A stretch of DNA of 64,000 nt, from contig CP169074.1 in the NCBI GenBank assembly GCA_041891055.1, positions 192,001 to 256,000 on the forward strand. Direction: 5' to 3'. The notes under the pieces are model-generated. The model saw nothing but the letters and a program-made list of their open reading frames with translations, ran no database searches and was not told the DNA's origin. How positions within the stretch are numbered: the stretch's first letter is position 1; every line of letters starts with the position of its first letter. Below, piece by piece: positions 50,944-61,033 of this stretch. The DNA comes from Halorutilales archaeon Cl-col2-1. GTDB lineage: Archaea; Halobacteriota; Halobacteria; Halobacteriales; Afararchaeaceae. The translations under genes and the position numbers were made by a program.

Positions 50944-51018
50944 TAGCGGGAGGTAGATTTGAACTACCGATCTGCGGGTTATGAGCCCGCCGGAATCTCC
51001 TGGCTATCCCATCCCGCT
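50944..51018 (-). tRNA. Initiator tRNA-Met (CAT)
   Basis: Minus strand AGCGGGA..TCCCGCT-A with A1:U72 pair; anticodon arm GCGGG-CTCATAA-CCCGC with three G-C pairs. Confidence 0.96.
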
Positions 51019-51157
51019 ACATATCCGTATGTCGATTAGCTGTTTAAGGATTGCGGTATGGCTGGCGTGTGGGAGTCTGTGACCCTCGAACACGCCTCGG
51101 AACACGGCGGAGCACGGTTAAGAGTTATATGCCTCGGCTTCTTCTTACGAAACCAGA

Positions 51158-51634
51158 ATGTACGACCGGATTCTGATACCTACCGACGCGAGTCGAGGCA
51201 CGAACAGGGCAGTTGAGAACGGTCTCGACATAGCCGAGAAGTACGGCGCGACAGTACACGCCCTCTATGTCGTCGACACGAGCGCTTACTCGACACTTCC
51301 CGCCGACTACAACTGGGAGGCAGTACACTCTGCCTTCGAGAGGGAAGGAGAGGAAGCGACGTCCGACATAGAGAAAGCGGCTGAGGAGAGAGGTGTTGAG
51401 ATAGTGACTGAGGTCGAGGAGGGCGTCCCGCCGAGGACTATACTCGACTACGCCGACGACAACGGCATAGATCTCATCGTGATGGGGACACACGGAAAGA
51501 GTGGCTTCGACAGACTCCTCCTCGGAAGCGTCACGGAGAAGGTCGTGCGGAAGTCTGAGATTCCCGTCCTCACTGTAAGGATGGTCGAGGATGAGGAAGA
51601 AGACGAGAGTCTCAACGAGAACCAAGATGACTGA
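51158..51634 (+). CDS. Universal stress protein
   Basis: MYDRILIPTD, DLIVMGTHG, LLGSVTEKVVR. Confidence 0.93.
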   Translation: MYDRILIPTDASRGTNRAVENGLDIAEKYGATVHALYVVDTSAYSTLPADYNWEAVHSAFEREGEEATSDIEKAAEERGVEIVTEVEEGVPPRTILDYADDNGIDLIVMGTHGKSGFDRLLLGSVTEKVVRKSEIPVLTVRMVEDEEEDESLNENQDD

Positions 51635-52460
51635 GACTCAGGTAGCCGACATAATGTCTTCGGAGGTCGTGACCGCAAGCCTCCCGGGGACACGTGAGGA
51701 TGTCTTCGACGACCTCATGAGAGGCGAGATAAGCTCTGTCCCCGTCACCAAAGACGGCAAGTACAGAGGACTCGTCTCGCGCCGCGACATGCTCGATAGC
51801 CCAGACCAGGAACAGCTCTCTCTTCTAATGCGGGAGGTCGAGACAGTAACTCCGGAGACAACTGTCGAAGACACAGCGCGGACGATTCTCGACGAGGGAG
51901 AGAGGCGGCTCCCCGTAGTCGAGGACTCCGAGGTAGTGGGAATAGTCACAGTAACAGACATCGTGAGACATATCTCGGAGACCGAAAACACCGAGAACAT
52001 AGACGAGTACGCCGAGGAAGAAGTACTAACTGTATGGGAAGGAACTCCTCTCAGTACCGTGGTCAACAGCCTGAGGTTCGGGGGCGAGACAGCGGCGTGT
52101 GTCATAGAAGGCTCCGACCTCGTCGGCTTAGTCTCCGAGGTCGACTGCATACGCGCTTCGGACACTGAGGACGTCTCGGATACCGTCGGGGTTGGGCTCG
52201 CCGACGAAGACGACGACTGGATGTGGAGCGGAATAAAGTCGAGTAGCAGTAACCTCGTTCCGATAAGCCGTCTGAGGTTCCCCGACGACCCCGTCTCCGA
52301 ACATATGTCGGGCGACGTTGTCAAGGCTATGAGAAGCACCGACGTCAGCGTCGCCGCCGAACGTATGATAGAAAACGACCACGAACAGCTTCCCGTCGTG
52401 AGGGGCGACAGCCTTGTCGGAATCTTGAAGGACGTAAATCTCCTCAGAGCCGTACAGTAA
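51627..52460 (+). CDS. CBS-domain protein
   Basis: Four CBS repeats (VADIMS, RRLPVV..VGIVT, QLPVV..VGIL). ATG at 51627. Confidence 0.9.
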   Translation: MTETQVADIMSSEVVTASLPGTREDVFDDLMRGEISSVPVTKDGKYRGLVSRRDMLDSPDQEQLSLLMREVETVTPETTVEDTARTILDEGERRLPVVEDSEVVGIVTVTDIVRHISETENTENIDEYAEEEVLTVWEGTPLSTVVNSLRFGGETAACVIEGSDLVGLVSEVDCIRASDTEDVSDTVGVGLADEDDDWMWSGIKSSSSNLVPISRLRFPDDPVSEHMSGDVVKAMRSTDVSVAAERMIENDHEQLPVVRGDSLVGILKDVNLLRAVQ

Positions 52461-52461
52461 T

Positions 52462-54201
52462 ATGTACGAGGAGATAATCGAGCTTGCGAAGAGGAGGGGG
52501 TATCTCTACCCGAGCTTCGAGATATACGGTGGGGCGTCGGGATTCTGGGACTACGGCCCCCTCGGAACCGAACTCAAGAACAACCTGCTTGCCGAGTGGC
52601 GCGAGAGCTTCGTGACACGTGAGGGCTTCGACGAGATAGAGACAACGACGGTCGGAAAGGAGGACGTCTTCGAGGCGAGCGGGCACGCCTCGGGATTCGC
52701 CGACGTGCTCGTCCAGTGCCCCGACTGTGACGCCTTCTTCCGTGCCGACCATCTCGTAGAGGACAACACCGGGATAGAGAACGCAGACGGTATGTCTCCC
52801 GAAGAGCTCGGCGAGATAATAGCGGGCGAGGAGATCGTCTGTCCCGGGTGTGGCAACGACTTAAGCGGCGCGGAGCCACGCGAGTTCAACCTGATGTTCG
52901 AGACCAACATAGGACCCCAGTCGGGGAGGAAAGCCTACTTAAGACCCGAGACAGCACAGGGTATATTCGTCGACTACCCCCGTCTGAGACGGTTCAACCG
53001 TGACAGCCTGCCGTTCGGTGTCGCACAGACGGGGAGGGCGTACAGGAACGAAATAAACCCACGTAAGGGGATCGTGCGTCTCAGGGAGTTCGTACAGGCT
53101 GAGCTTGAGTACTTCAAACATCCCGACAGGGAGGTCGACGACGTCAAGTTCGACGGTGTCGCTGACACTGAGGTACGTCTGTATCCGGTCGAGGAGCAGG
53201 AAGACGAAGACGGCAAGGCGATAGAGACTACGGTGCGTGACGCGGTCGAGTCGGGGATCATAGAGAGCCGTACCATCGCTTACTTCGTCGGGAAGGCCCA
53301 GGAGTGGTACGAGTCGGTCGGTATCGACCCCGAACGTCTGAGGTTCAGACAGCATCTCCCCGACGAGCGCGCCCATTACGCCAGCGACTGTTGGGACGGG
53401 GAGACCTACACCGACCGTTTCGGATGGATAGAGGTCAACGGAGTCGCTGACAGAGGAAGCTACGACCTGTCTAAACACGCTGAGGCGTCGGGTGAGGAGA
53501 TGGGTGTATTCGAGGAGTACGACGAGCCCGTGACTAAGGAGAAAGCCGTCGTCGACCCCGACATGAGCGTCTTAGGACCCGAGTACGGCTCTAAAGCGGG
53601 AGACGTTGCCGACGCACTCGAAGAGTTAGCCGAAGAAGAGCCCGAGAGATTCGAGAACCATACTGTCGAGGTAGAGGTCGACGGAGAGACCTACGAGGTC
53701 GAGACCGATGTCGCGGGATTCGAGATCCGCGAGATAGAGGAGAACGGAAGGAACGTCCTTCCTCAGGTCATAGAACCCTCGTTCGGGGTCGACAGGATAA
53801 TCTACTCGGTGATAGAGCACTCGTACGCTGAGGACGAGGTCGACGACGAGGAGAGGACAGTCCTGCGTCTCCCGTCAAACGTCGCGCCCTTCATAGCCGG
53901 AGTCTTCCCTCTGATGACGAAAGACGGTCTCGGTGAGAAGGCGAAGGAGATACGTGAGAGTCTGAGGCGAGCGGGTCTCCGTGTGAGGTACGACGAGTCG
54001 GGAGCGATAGGAAGACGGTACAGGAGACACGACGAGATCGGAACGCCCTACACCGTCACCGTCGACTACGACACATTAGAAGACGGAACAGTGACTGTCA
54101 GAGACCGAGACACGACCCAACAGGTACGTGTCGCCGCCGACGACCTCCCCGGGATACTCGAAGACCTGCGTGACGGCAGGACAGAGTTCGGCGACCTGTA
54201 A
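52462..54201 (+). CDS. glyS: Glycine--tRNA ligase
   Basis: DYGPLG, LRPETAQGIF, RNEI.PR, AHYA.DCWD, IEPSFG.DR, anticodon-binding domain. Confidence 0.97.
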   Translation: MYEEIIELAKRRGYLYPSFEIYGGASGFWDYGPLGTELKNNLLAEWRESFVTREGFDEIETTTVGKEDVFEASGHASGFADVLVQCPDCDAFFRADHLVEDNTGIENADGMSPEELGEIIAGEEIVCPGCGNDLSGAEPREFNLMFETNIGPQSGRKAYLRPETAQGIFVDYPRLRRFNRDSLPFGVAQTGRAYRNEINPRKGIVRLREFVQAELEYFKHPDREVDDVKFDGVADTEVRLYPVEEQEDEDGKAIETTVRDAVESGIIESRTIAYFVGKAQEWYESVGIDPERLRFRQHLPDERAHYASDCWDGETYTDRFGWIEVNGVADRGSYDLSKHAEASGEEMGVFEEYDEPVTKEKAVVDPDMSVLGPEYGSKAGDVADALEELAEEEPERFENHTVEVEVDGETYEVETDVAGFEIREIEENGRNVLPQVIEPSFGVDRIIYSVIEHSYAEDEVDDEERTVLRLPSNVAPFIAGVFPLMTKDGLGEKAKEIRESLRRAGLRVRYDESGAIGRRYRRHDEIGTPYTVTVDYDTLEDGTVTVRDRDTTQQVRVAADDLPGILEDLRDGRTEFGDL

Positions 54202-54231
54202 CTAAACGTGTCCCGAGACCCGCCGACGAGA

Positions 54232-54282
54232 CGTTCGGAAATCTCTGATTTCCGAGCCAACAAGATCGGAGATCTTGTGACG
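54232..54282 (+). repeat. CG-flanked double-hairpin mini-element, copy B (intergenic)
   Basis: CGTTC-GGAAATCTCTGATTTCC-GAGCCA-ACAAGATCGGAGATCTTGT-GACG, followed by a third hairpin ATCAATCTCCGATTGAT. Confidence 0.75.
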
Positions 54283-54320
54283 GTCATCAATCTCCGATTG
54301 ATAAAGCCTGTAAATCAAAG

Positions 54321-54887
54321 ATGTACAGACGTTTCTTCCATCTCTCAGGATCTCTGTATCCCCTTCTCCACGTATCGGGTCTTCTGACGTGGGATCAGAT
54401 GAGGCTTCTGTCGTGGATAGGGATCACCGTCGCCGCCGTCCTCGAATACCTGCGTCTCGGTAGGGGAGTCGTCTTCTTCGAGTCTCTCTACCGCGACTAC
54501 GAGAAGGAAAGTATAGCGGGATACGTCTTAGCGGGGGTCGGACTCTTTCTCTCGGTCAACCTCTTTCCCCCGAGTATCGGAACCGCCTCAATGTTTATGC
54601 TCACCGTCGCAGACCCCATCGCGGGAGCCGTCGGAACGGGTGAGCTAAGAAGGGTCAAGAAGCCGCGCGTCCTCGTCACGGCATTCTGTGTGAGTCTCGT
54701 CGTGAGCCTGCGGTTCGTCTCTCCCTTAGTCGGAGCCGCAGGCGCTCTCGGGGCAGCTCTCGGCGACGGCGTCAAGCTACGTCTGAGAGGATACGTAATA
54801 GACGACAACCTCACGATACCCGTCTACTCGGGGTCTGTGATGACCGTAGTCTCTCAGTACTTCGGCTCCGCTCCCGTGATCTCGTAG
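54321..54887 (+). CDS. Dolichol/phytol kinase-like membrane protein
   Basis: RRFFH..G, RDYE, ADP.A..VG, IDDNLTIP. Confidence 0.85.
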   Translation: MYRRFFHLSGSLYPLLHVSGLLTWDQMRLLSWIGITVAAVLEYLRLGRGVVFFESLYRDYEKESIAGYVLAGVGLFLSVNLFPPSIGTASMFMLTVADPIAGAVGTGELRRVKKPRVLVTAFCVSLVVSLRFVSPLVGAAGALGAALGDGVKLRLRGYVIDDNLTIPVYSGSVMTVVSQYFGSAPVIS

Positions 54888-56227
54888 ACTTCGTCGAGTA
54901 CCCCGTCACGTCTCTCCTGCCAGTCACCGAGTGCCTCGGGCGATTCGGGGTAGTCGTCGTAGAGGTCACGTATCTCGGACGCCTTCTTGCTGACCTTGTA
55001 GACTTCGAGGAGGGTTCTCCAGTGACCGAATGTGTCGACCGCAGTCTTGAGCTTGAGACCGAGAGACATCGACGTCGTACCTTTCTCGCCTAATGCGTCC
55101 ATAAGCTGCTGTCCCGGCATCGCAGAAACGACGTCGGTTAGCTCGTCGACCTCGTGGGCGGTTCCGAATATGTTGTAGAGATCCATCGCGGCGAAGTTCT
55201 TTCCGAAGTCGGTCATCACCCTCCGGTTGTACTCCCAGAGCGCGTCCTCCGAGACGTCTCCTTCGTCTATAGCCTCGAGACCTATCTCGGCTCCCCAGTG
55301 CCCCGACTTCGCCGCGCCGGGTATTCCGCCGCCCGTAGTGGGATTTACGTGTCCTGCGGCGTCACCTACGGCGATGAAGCCGTCTGCGACTGCTGAGTCG
55401 TAGGGACGTCTCGTCGGGAGAGCCGCGCCTAACTTGTCCTTGACAGTGGGGTTGACGAACTCGTCTTTGTCCTGAATGTCGTCTCTCAGAGCCTCGACGA
55501 GTTCCATCGGAGGCTTGTCCATCTGGAAGCCGAGTCCGACGTTGATCTCTGTCGGCGTCCTCGGGAAGTACCAGAGGTAGCCGAGCTCCTCAGTCGGCTT
55601 GAATACTATGCTGTTGTCCCAGTCGACGGGCTCGTCGACCTCGATCACCTCGCGGTAGGCGGAACAGAACTGACTGTACGAGACGTCGGTGTCGAATGTC
55701 GAGTTTGAGGCGTCGAGGTCGTCCTGTAAGACGGAGAGCGCGCCGGCGGCGTCTATAGTTAGATCGGCGTGGTACTCTATCTCCTCGCCGTCGTGTTTGG
55801 CTCTGACGCCCTCGACCTTTCCGTCGTCGTCCTGTATCACTCCGTTGACGACGGTCTCGTACTCCATCTCCGCACCCGCCTTCTCCGCCTCGTCCAATAG
55901 TACTCGTCCGTACTTCCAACGGTCGACTATCACACCCGGCTCGGGGAAAGGTATGTCGAGAACGTCCCCCTTCTCGGGATTCTTGAACCTAGCGTACTCT
56001 ATCCTCCGGTTAGTGAAAGACTCCTCTCTGAGACGTTCGACGTCTATCACGTCGGGGAAGGTGCTCACGCCCTTTATGGCGTCGCCGCATGCTATATGTC
56101 CCGCCTCCTCCTCCGTCTTCCTCTCGATCACGACGACGTCGGCTCCCTTGGATGCCGCTGTCGCGGCGGCGAAACAGCCCGCGGTTCCACCTCCGACTAC
56201 GGCTATGTCGTACTCTCGGACTCGCAT
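54854..56227 (-). CDS. Geranylgeranyl reductase-family flavoprotein
   Basis: VVGGGTAG, ACGDA, YLWYFP, GDAAG.VNP.TGGGI. Confidence 0.9.
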   Translation of the reverse strand: MRVREYDIAVVGGGTAGCFAAATAASKGADVVVIERKTEEEAGHIACGDAIKGVSTFPDVIDVERLREESFTNRRIEYARFKNPEKGDVLDIPFPEPGVIVDRWKYGRVLLDEAEKAGAEMEYETVVNGVIQDDDGKVEGVRAKHDGEEIEYHADLTIDAAGALSVLQDDLDASNSTFDTDVSYSQFCSAYREVIEVDEPVDWDNSIVFKPTEELGYLWYFPRTPTEINVGLGFQMDKPPMELVEALRDDIQDKDEFVNPTVKDKLGAALPTRRPYDSAVADGFIAVGDAAGHVNPTTGGGIPGAAKSGHWGAEIGLEAIDEGDVSEDALWEYNRRVMTDFGKNFAAMDLYNIFGTAHEVDELTDVVSAMPGQQLMDALGEKGTTSMSLGLKLKTAVDTFGHWRTLLEVYKVSKKASEIRDLYDDYPESPEALGDWQERRDGVLDEVYEITGAEPKY

Positions 56228-56323
56228 CTAAGGACTCTATCCGTTCGTGCTTATTGTCTGTTGCGTCTTGGGTCGCTTACTCATTAGGAAGTCCTATTAG
56301 GCTTCGTGACCTACGTCGAAGGG

Positions 56324-57262
56324 ATGAGCGAAACCGAAGGATGTGTTCTACCTGATGTTCAGGCGACAGAGCCCGAGGTCGAGATAGGACTCCAGAGGGT
56401 GGGGGTAACCGACGTCGAGAAGCTCGTCAAGATCGACAGGGGCGACGAACGTCCCATAGTCCTGATGGGTGAGTTCGATGTCTACGTCGACCTACCCGCC
56501 GAGAGGAAGGGTGCCGACATGAGCCGTAACATGGAGGTCATAGACGAGGTACTCGAAGACCTCACACGTGACCCCGTCTACAAGGTCGAGGATCTGTGTG
56601 GCGAGATCGCCGAGCGTCTCCTAGGACGTCACTCGTACACGACACGTACCGAAGTCGAGATGGAGGCGGAGTACATGTACCGTGACACTACACCCGCGAG
56701 CGAGAGGGACACACAGGGCGTCGCGACCATACACGCCTCGGCGGAGGCGACTGACGAGGGTGTCAGGAAGTCGATAGGTGCCGAGGTCACAGGGACGACT
56801 GCGTGTCCGTGTTCTCAGGGGATGATGGAGTCCGAAGCCGCCGAGAAGCTACGTCAACTCGGACTCTCGCCCGAAGAGATAGACGAGTACTTTGACGAGA
56901 TTCCACAGGCGGCACACAACCAGAGGTCGCGCGCCCTCCTCTCGATAGAGACGACCGACGGCACCCACGTCGGACTCGAAAAGATCATAGAGGTCGCGCG
57001 TGACTCGATGAGCTCACGTATCTACAACCTGGCTAAGAGACCCGACGAACACCACATGACAAAGGAGATGCACGAGAACGCGAGGTTCGTTGAGGACGTA
57101 GTGAGGGTGATGGCGAGAAAGGTCGTCGAGAGCTTCGACCTCCCCGACGACGCCGTCGTGAGCATAAGACAGGAGAACGAGGAGAGCATACATCAGCACA
57201 ACGCCTACGCCGAGACACAGGTCGAGTTCGGCGAACTCAGGAGTAGAATTGCGGAAGAATAA
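56324..57262 (+). CDS. mptA: GTP cyclohydrolase MptA (FolE2 family)
   Basis: LPDVQA, KGADMSR, TACPCS, HNQR, KRPDE, FVEDVVR, ESIHQHNA. Confidence 0.93.
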   Translation: MSETEGCVLPDVQATEPEVEIGLQRVGVTDVEKLVKIDRGDERPIVLMGEFDVYVDLPAERKGADMSRNMEVIDEVLEDLTRDPVYKVEDLCGEIAERLLGRHSYTTRTEVEMEAEYMYRDTTPASERDTQGVATIHASAEATDEGVRKSIGAEVTGTTACPCSQGMMESEAAEKLRQLGLSPEEIDEYFDEIPQAAHNQRSRALLSIETTDGTHVGLEKIIEVARDSMSSRIYNLAKRPDEHHMTKEMHENARFVEDVVRVMARKVVESFDLPDDAVVSIRQENEESIHQHNAYAETQVEFGELRSRIAEE

Positions 57263-57289
57263 ATAGAGTCGTAGACCACGTTTCCACCG

Positions 57290-59122
57290 ATGGCTTCTGT
57301 CACGCTTCTACTCATACCGTCTCTGATAATAGCCCTCGGTGCTCTGTCAGTCATAGTCGCAGACAAGTACGAGGTTCCGAGTGTTGTCTTTCTCCTCGGC
57401 TTCGGAATACTCTTCGGACCCCAGGTCTTGGGTATAATCAATCCCGAGATATTCGGAGACGCATTACCGTCGATAGTCTCGCTTTCGGTCGCCATAATCG
57501 TCTTCGAGGGTGCGTTCCATCTCAGCATACCGAGGGTACGTAAAGCACCCAAGTCGGCTATCAAGGTCATCGTCTTCGGAGCCGTCGTAACCCTTGTAGG
57601 CATGGGTGTCATAAACCATTATCTCCTGGGTCTCCAGTGGAGTCTCTCGTTTCTCATAGCCTCGCTTCTCGTCGCCACGGGACCCACTGTGATCACACCG
57701 ATAATGTCACAGGTCAGGGTACGTGAGGGTGTCAGAGGTGTTCTCGAAACCGAGGGTATAGTCAACGACGTGGTTGCGGCTATACTCGCAGTCGTCATAT
57801 TCGAGGTCGCACTTCTCGGGGAGGCAAGTGGTGGGGTTCTCGACGTCTTCATACAGCGTATAGGGGTCGGCGTTATCTTCGGAATACTTGCGACTGCGGT
57901 CGACTGGTACATACTCAGGAAGACCGACATATCGCCCCAGCAGTCACGTCTCCTAGTCCTTGCGACGGCTCTCCTCTTCTTCTCGTTCTCGGAGTGGGTC
58001 AACACGGAGGCGGGGATAGCCACAGTCGCTATATTCGGTGTTCTCCTCGGTAACGTCGACATACCTTACAAGGAGGAAATCTCGGAGTTCAAGGGAGACC
58101 TGACCGTGATCGTCCTGAGTATTATATTCATACTTCTCGCGTCTCTGCTTGAGTTCGACGACCTATTCAGCCTCGGATGGCGCGGTGTAGTAGCCGTGGC
58201 TCTCTTAGTTCTCGTGATACGTCCTATCGGAGTCCATCTCTCGACGCTCGGATCGAATCTCACACTACGTGAGCGTCACTTCATATCTTTCGTGGGTCCA
58301 CGTGGTATAGTGCCGGCTTCGGTCGCCACACTCTTCTCGATACGTCTCGCCGAGGAAGGTGTTCCGAACGCCGGGAAGGTCGTAAGCGTCGTCTTCCTCG
58401 TGATACTCGTCACAGTCGTTATACAGGCGGGAGGCGCGCCGTTTATTGCGGATAAGCTCGACATTATACCCATGAACATACTCGTCGTCGGAGGCGGACG
58501 TGTAGGACGTGACATAGCCGAGAGCCTCGACGAGAGGGGCGAGAACGTCGTAGTGATAGAGAAGGAAGATGAGAGGGTTGAGAAGATACGTTCGATGGGT
58601 ATCAACGTCGTCACGGGAAGCGGAACTAATAGAGAGGTTCTGGAGGAGGCGGGAGCTGACCGCACGAAGGTATTCGTCGCAGCCACAGCCGACGATGACC
58701 AGAACATACTTGCGTGCCAGACGGCGAGGGCGAACTTCGGCATAACTAACCTAATCTCACGTGTCAACGATACTGAGAACCTCGACGCTTTCGAGGATCT
58801 CGATGTCAGAACAGTCTCTCCGTCGCGCGCTACGTCGTTCATGATGGACAACATGATAGAACGCCCGGGCCTATTCTCTTGGCTCACAGAGCTCGGTGAG
58901 GGAGGCGATGTCGTCGAGGTCGATGTAGTCTCGGACGAGGTCGTGGGGAAGACAGTCGACGAGTTAGATCTCCCCGAGGGCTGTATAATCGCACTCATAC
59001 AGAGAGAGGACGACCAGTTCACTCCGAGTCCCGATGTCGAGATACTCGAAGGTGACCACGTCACTCTACTCGGACGTACCGAAGCGGTTGAGGACGCCGT
59101 CAGGATGCTGAGACATGGCTGA
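57290..59122 (+). CDS. CPA1 cation:proton antiporter with C-terminal TrkA-N/TrkA-C domains
   Basis: ATGPTV, EGIVND, GPRGIV, then GGGRVG RCK domain. Confidence 0.9.
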   Translation: MASVTLLLIPSLIIALGALSVIVADKYEVPSVVFLLGFGILFGPQVLGIINPEIFGDALPSIVSLSVAIIVFEGAFHLSIPRVRKAPKSAIKVIVFGAVVTLVGMGVINHYLLGLQWSLSFLIASLLVATGPTVITPIMSQVRVREGVRGVLETEGIVNDVVAAILAVVIFEVALLGEASGGVLDVFIQRIGVGVIFGILATAVDWYILRKTDISPQQSRLLVLATALLFFSFSEWVNTEAGIATVAIFGVLLGNVDIPYKEEISEFKGDLTVIVLSIIFILLASLLEFDDLFSLGWRGVVAVALLVLVIRPIGVHLSTLGSNLTLRERHFISFVGPRGIVPASVATLFSIRLAEEGVPNAGKVVSVVFLVILVTVVIQAGGAPFIADKLDIIPMNILVVGGGRVGRDIAESLDERGENVVVIEKEDERVEKIRSMGINVVTGSGTNREVLEEAGADRTKVFVAATADDDQNILACQTARANFGITNLISRVNDTENLDAFEDLDVRTVSPSRATSFMMDNMIERPGLFSWLTELGEGGDVVEVDVVSDEVVGKTVDELDLPEGCIIALIQREDDQFTPSPDVEILEGDHVTLLGRTEAVEDAVRMLRHG

Positions 59123-59185
59123 AGGCCAAGCGATGTTGTAGCCTCTCAGCAATACTATTATATGTCCTGACGTGGATGGTCTTTC

Positions 59186-60544
59186 ATGGAGGACACAGAG
59201 CCTTTCGTCGTAATCGGGGGCGACGCCGCAGGGATGAGTGCGGCATCGAAGTCGAAACGTGAGGAGCCCGAGAGGGAAGTAATAGTCTTCGAGAAGGGCG
59301 ACTGGGTCTCTTATGCTGCGTGTGGGATGCCCTACTACATAAAGGGGGAGGTCGAGTCGCTCGACGATCTAGTCTCCATAACCGCCGAGGAGTTCAGAGA
59401 GGAGCGTGACATAGACCTGCGCACGAGACACGAGGTCATCGAGATACGTCCTGAAGAGAACCAGGTAGTCGTAGAGGACAGAGACGCGGGAGATACCTTC
59501 GAACAGACCTACGGCGACTTGCTTATAGCTACGGGGGCGACTGCTGTGGAGCCGCCGATAGACGGCATTGGGCTCAACGGCGTCTTCACGTTACACTCAA
59601 TGGACGACGCCGACGAGATAGACGACTATGTGTCGAGGGACGGCGTCGAGAGTTTCGGAATCGTGGGCGGCGGATACGTCGGCATGGAGATGTCGGAGGC
59701 TCTCAGAAGTAGGGGACTCGACGTAGACGTCTTTGAGGCTCTTCCTCACGTCCTCCAGCCCTTCGGTGAGGACGCCGCTGAGGTAGTCGAGGATCACGTG
59801 CGCGAGAAAGGTGTCGACCTTCATCTCGAAACCTCCGTTGAAAGAATGACCGGCGACGGAAGTGTCACGGGCATAGAAGCCGACAGCGAGGAGTACGAAC
59901 TCGACGGAGTCCTCGTCGGCGTCGGTGTGAAACCGAACGTTGGAATCGCGGATGAAGCGGGAATCGAAATCGGGGAGACGGGCGCGATAGCCACTGATGA
60001 GTACGGACGCACCAACTATGAGAACGTATACGCCGCTGGAGACTGTGCCGAGGCGACTAACTCAGTGACACGAGACACCGACCACGTCCCACTCGCACTC
60101 ACCGCGAACAGACACGGGCGCGCAGTCGGACAGACAGTCGCGGGATCACCCACGGAGGTCGGAGAGATAGTCGGGACGGCAGTCGTCAAGGTCTTCGACC
60201 TCGAAGTCGCGAGGACGGGTATAGTCGACCACGAGACGGCAGAGGACGCGGGCTTCGACCCGGTTTCGAGAACCATAACCGCTGAGTCGAGGGCAGGATA
60301 CTACCCCGGAGCGGAGCCTATACGTGTGCGTCTGACCGCCGACTCGGAGACTGAGCGTCTCTTAGGTGCAACTATGGTCAGCGAGGACACAGCCGCGAAG
60401 AGGATAGATACAGTAGCGACGGCACTCCACGCGGGTATGACTGTCTCGGAGGTTGAGAGCCTCGACCTGTCGTACGCGCCGCCTTTCAGCCCTGTCTGGG
60501 ACGCGACTCTGACGGCGGCGAAGGTACTCAGCTCGACTCTATAA
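59186..60544 (+). CDS. CoA-disulfide reductase / NADH oxidase-family flavoprotein
   Basis: GGDAAG, SYAACG single redox Cys, GGGYVG, YAAGDC, YAPPFS. Confidence 0.9.
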   Translation: MEDTEPFVVIGGDAAGMSAASKSKREEPEREVIVFEKGDWVSYAACGMPYYIKGEVESLDDLVSITAEEFREERDIDLRTRHEVIEIRPEENQVVVEDRDAGDTFEQTYGDLLIATGATAVEPPIDGIGLNGVFTLHSMDDADEIDDYVSRDGVESFGIVGGGYVGMEMSEALRSRGLDVDVFEALPHVLQPFGEDAAEVVEDHVREKGVDLHLETSVERMTGDGSVTGIEADSEEYELDGVLVGVGVKPNVGIADEAGIEIGETGAIATDEYGRTNYENVYAAGDCAEATNSVTRDTDHVPLALTANRHGRAVGQTVAGSPTEVGEIVGTAVVKVFDLEVARTGIVDHETAEDAGFDPVSRTITAESRAGYYPGAEPIRVRLTADSETERLLGATMVSEDTAAKRIDTVATALHAGMTVSEVESLDLSYAPPFSPVWDATLTAAKVLSSTL

Positions 60545-60706
60545 ACGTCTGGTACCTCTCCTACTTCTCGTGTAGAGGCTCCAGACGAAGTAGATGATAA
60601 AGAGGAGTACGAGTACGACGAAGAATAGGTAGGCGATAGTCATCGCTGATCCGACCTCGTCGACCACGGCGCGGAGTACGTCGAGGGAGCCGTCTGCGCG
60701 TCCCAT
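60539..60706 (-). CDS. Small single-TM protein (55 aa, not in ORF track)
   Basis: MGRADGSLDVLRAVVDEVGSAMTIAYLFFVVLVLLFIIYFVWSLYTRSRRGTRRL; fills the gap, divergent from a TATA at about 60731. Confidence 0.55.
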   Translation of the reverse strand: MGRADGSLDVLRAVVDEVGSAMTIAYLFFVVLVLLFIIYFVWSLYTRSRRGTRRL

Positions 60707-60758
60707 CTACGTCAACTCCATACCGAGACCTTATAGAGGTTTGGCATCTACTGGGGCT

Positions 60759-60995
60759 ATGGAGCCGCGCGAGAAGATACGTAAGATAGACGACTACCTC
60801 GACCGCGACAGGCTCGTATGTCTCGAAGGACGTAACACGAGAAAGGGTGACAAACTGATAGTCGAGGGTATCGACCGTGACGCGGCGGAGATAGTCGCCC
60901 ACGAGGAGGAGTCAGGGTGGAAGAAGAGGGTGAGTCTCAGGAGAATCGAGGGGATCGGAAGCGAAGATGCGTGGTACGAGGTCAAGTTCTACTGA
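60759..60995 (+). CDS. Hypothetical small beta-rich protein
   Basis: ATG 28 nt after TTATA; host codon usage. Confidence 0.6.
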   Translation: MEPREKIRKIDDYLDRDRLVCLEGRNTRKGDKLIVEGIDRDAAEIVAHEEESGWKKRVSLRRIEGIGSEDAWYEVKFY

Positions 60996-61033
60996 ATACT
61001 GAGTACTGAGTAATATCTGTCCGGCGGTTAACG

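Noticed and set aside
51080-51118. Short tandem GAACACG-like repeats upstream of the usp gene (and AGGAAC repeats at about 41341-41361)
   Set aside because: Too short and degenerate to support a function.
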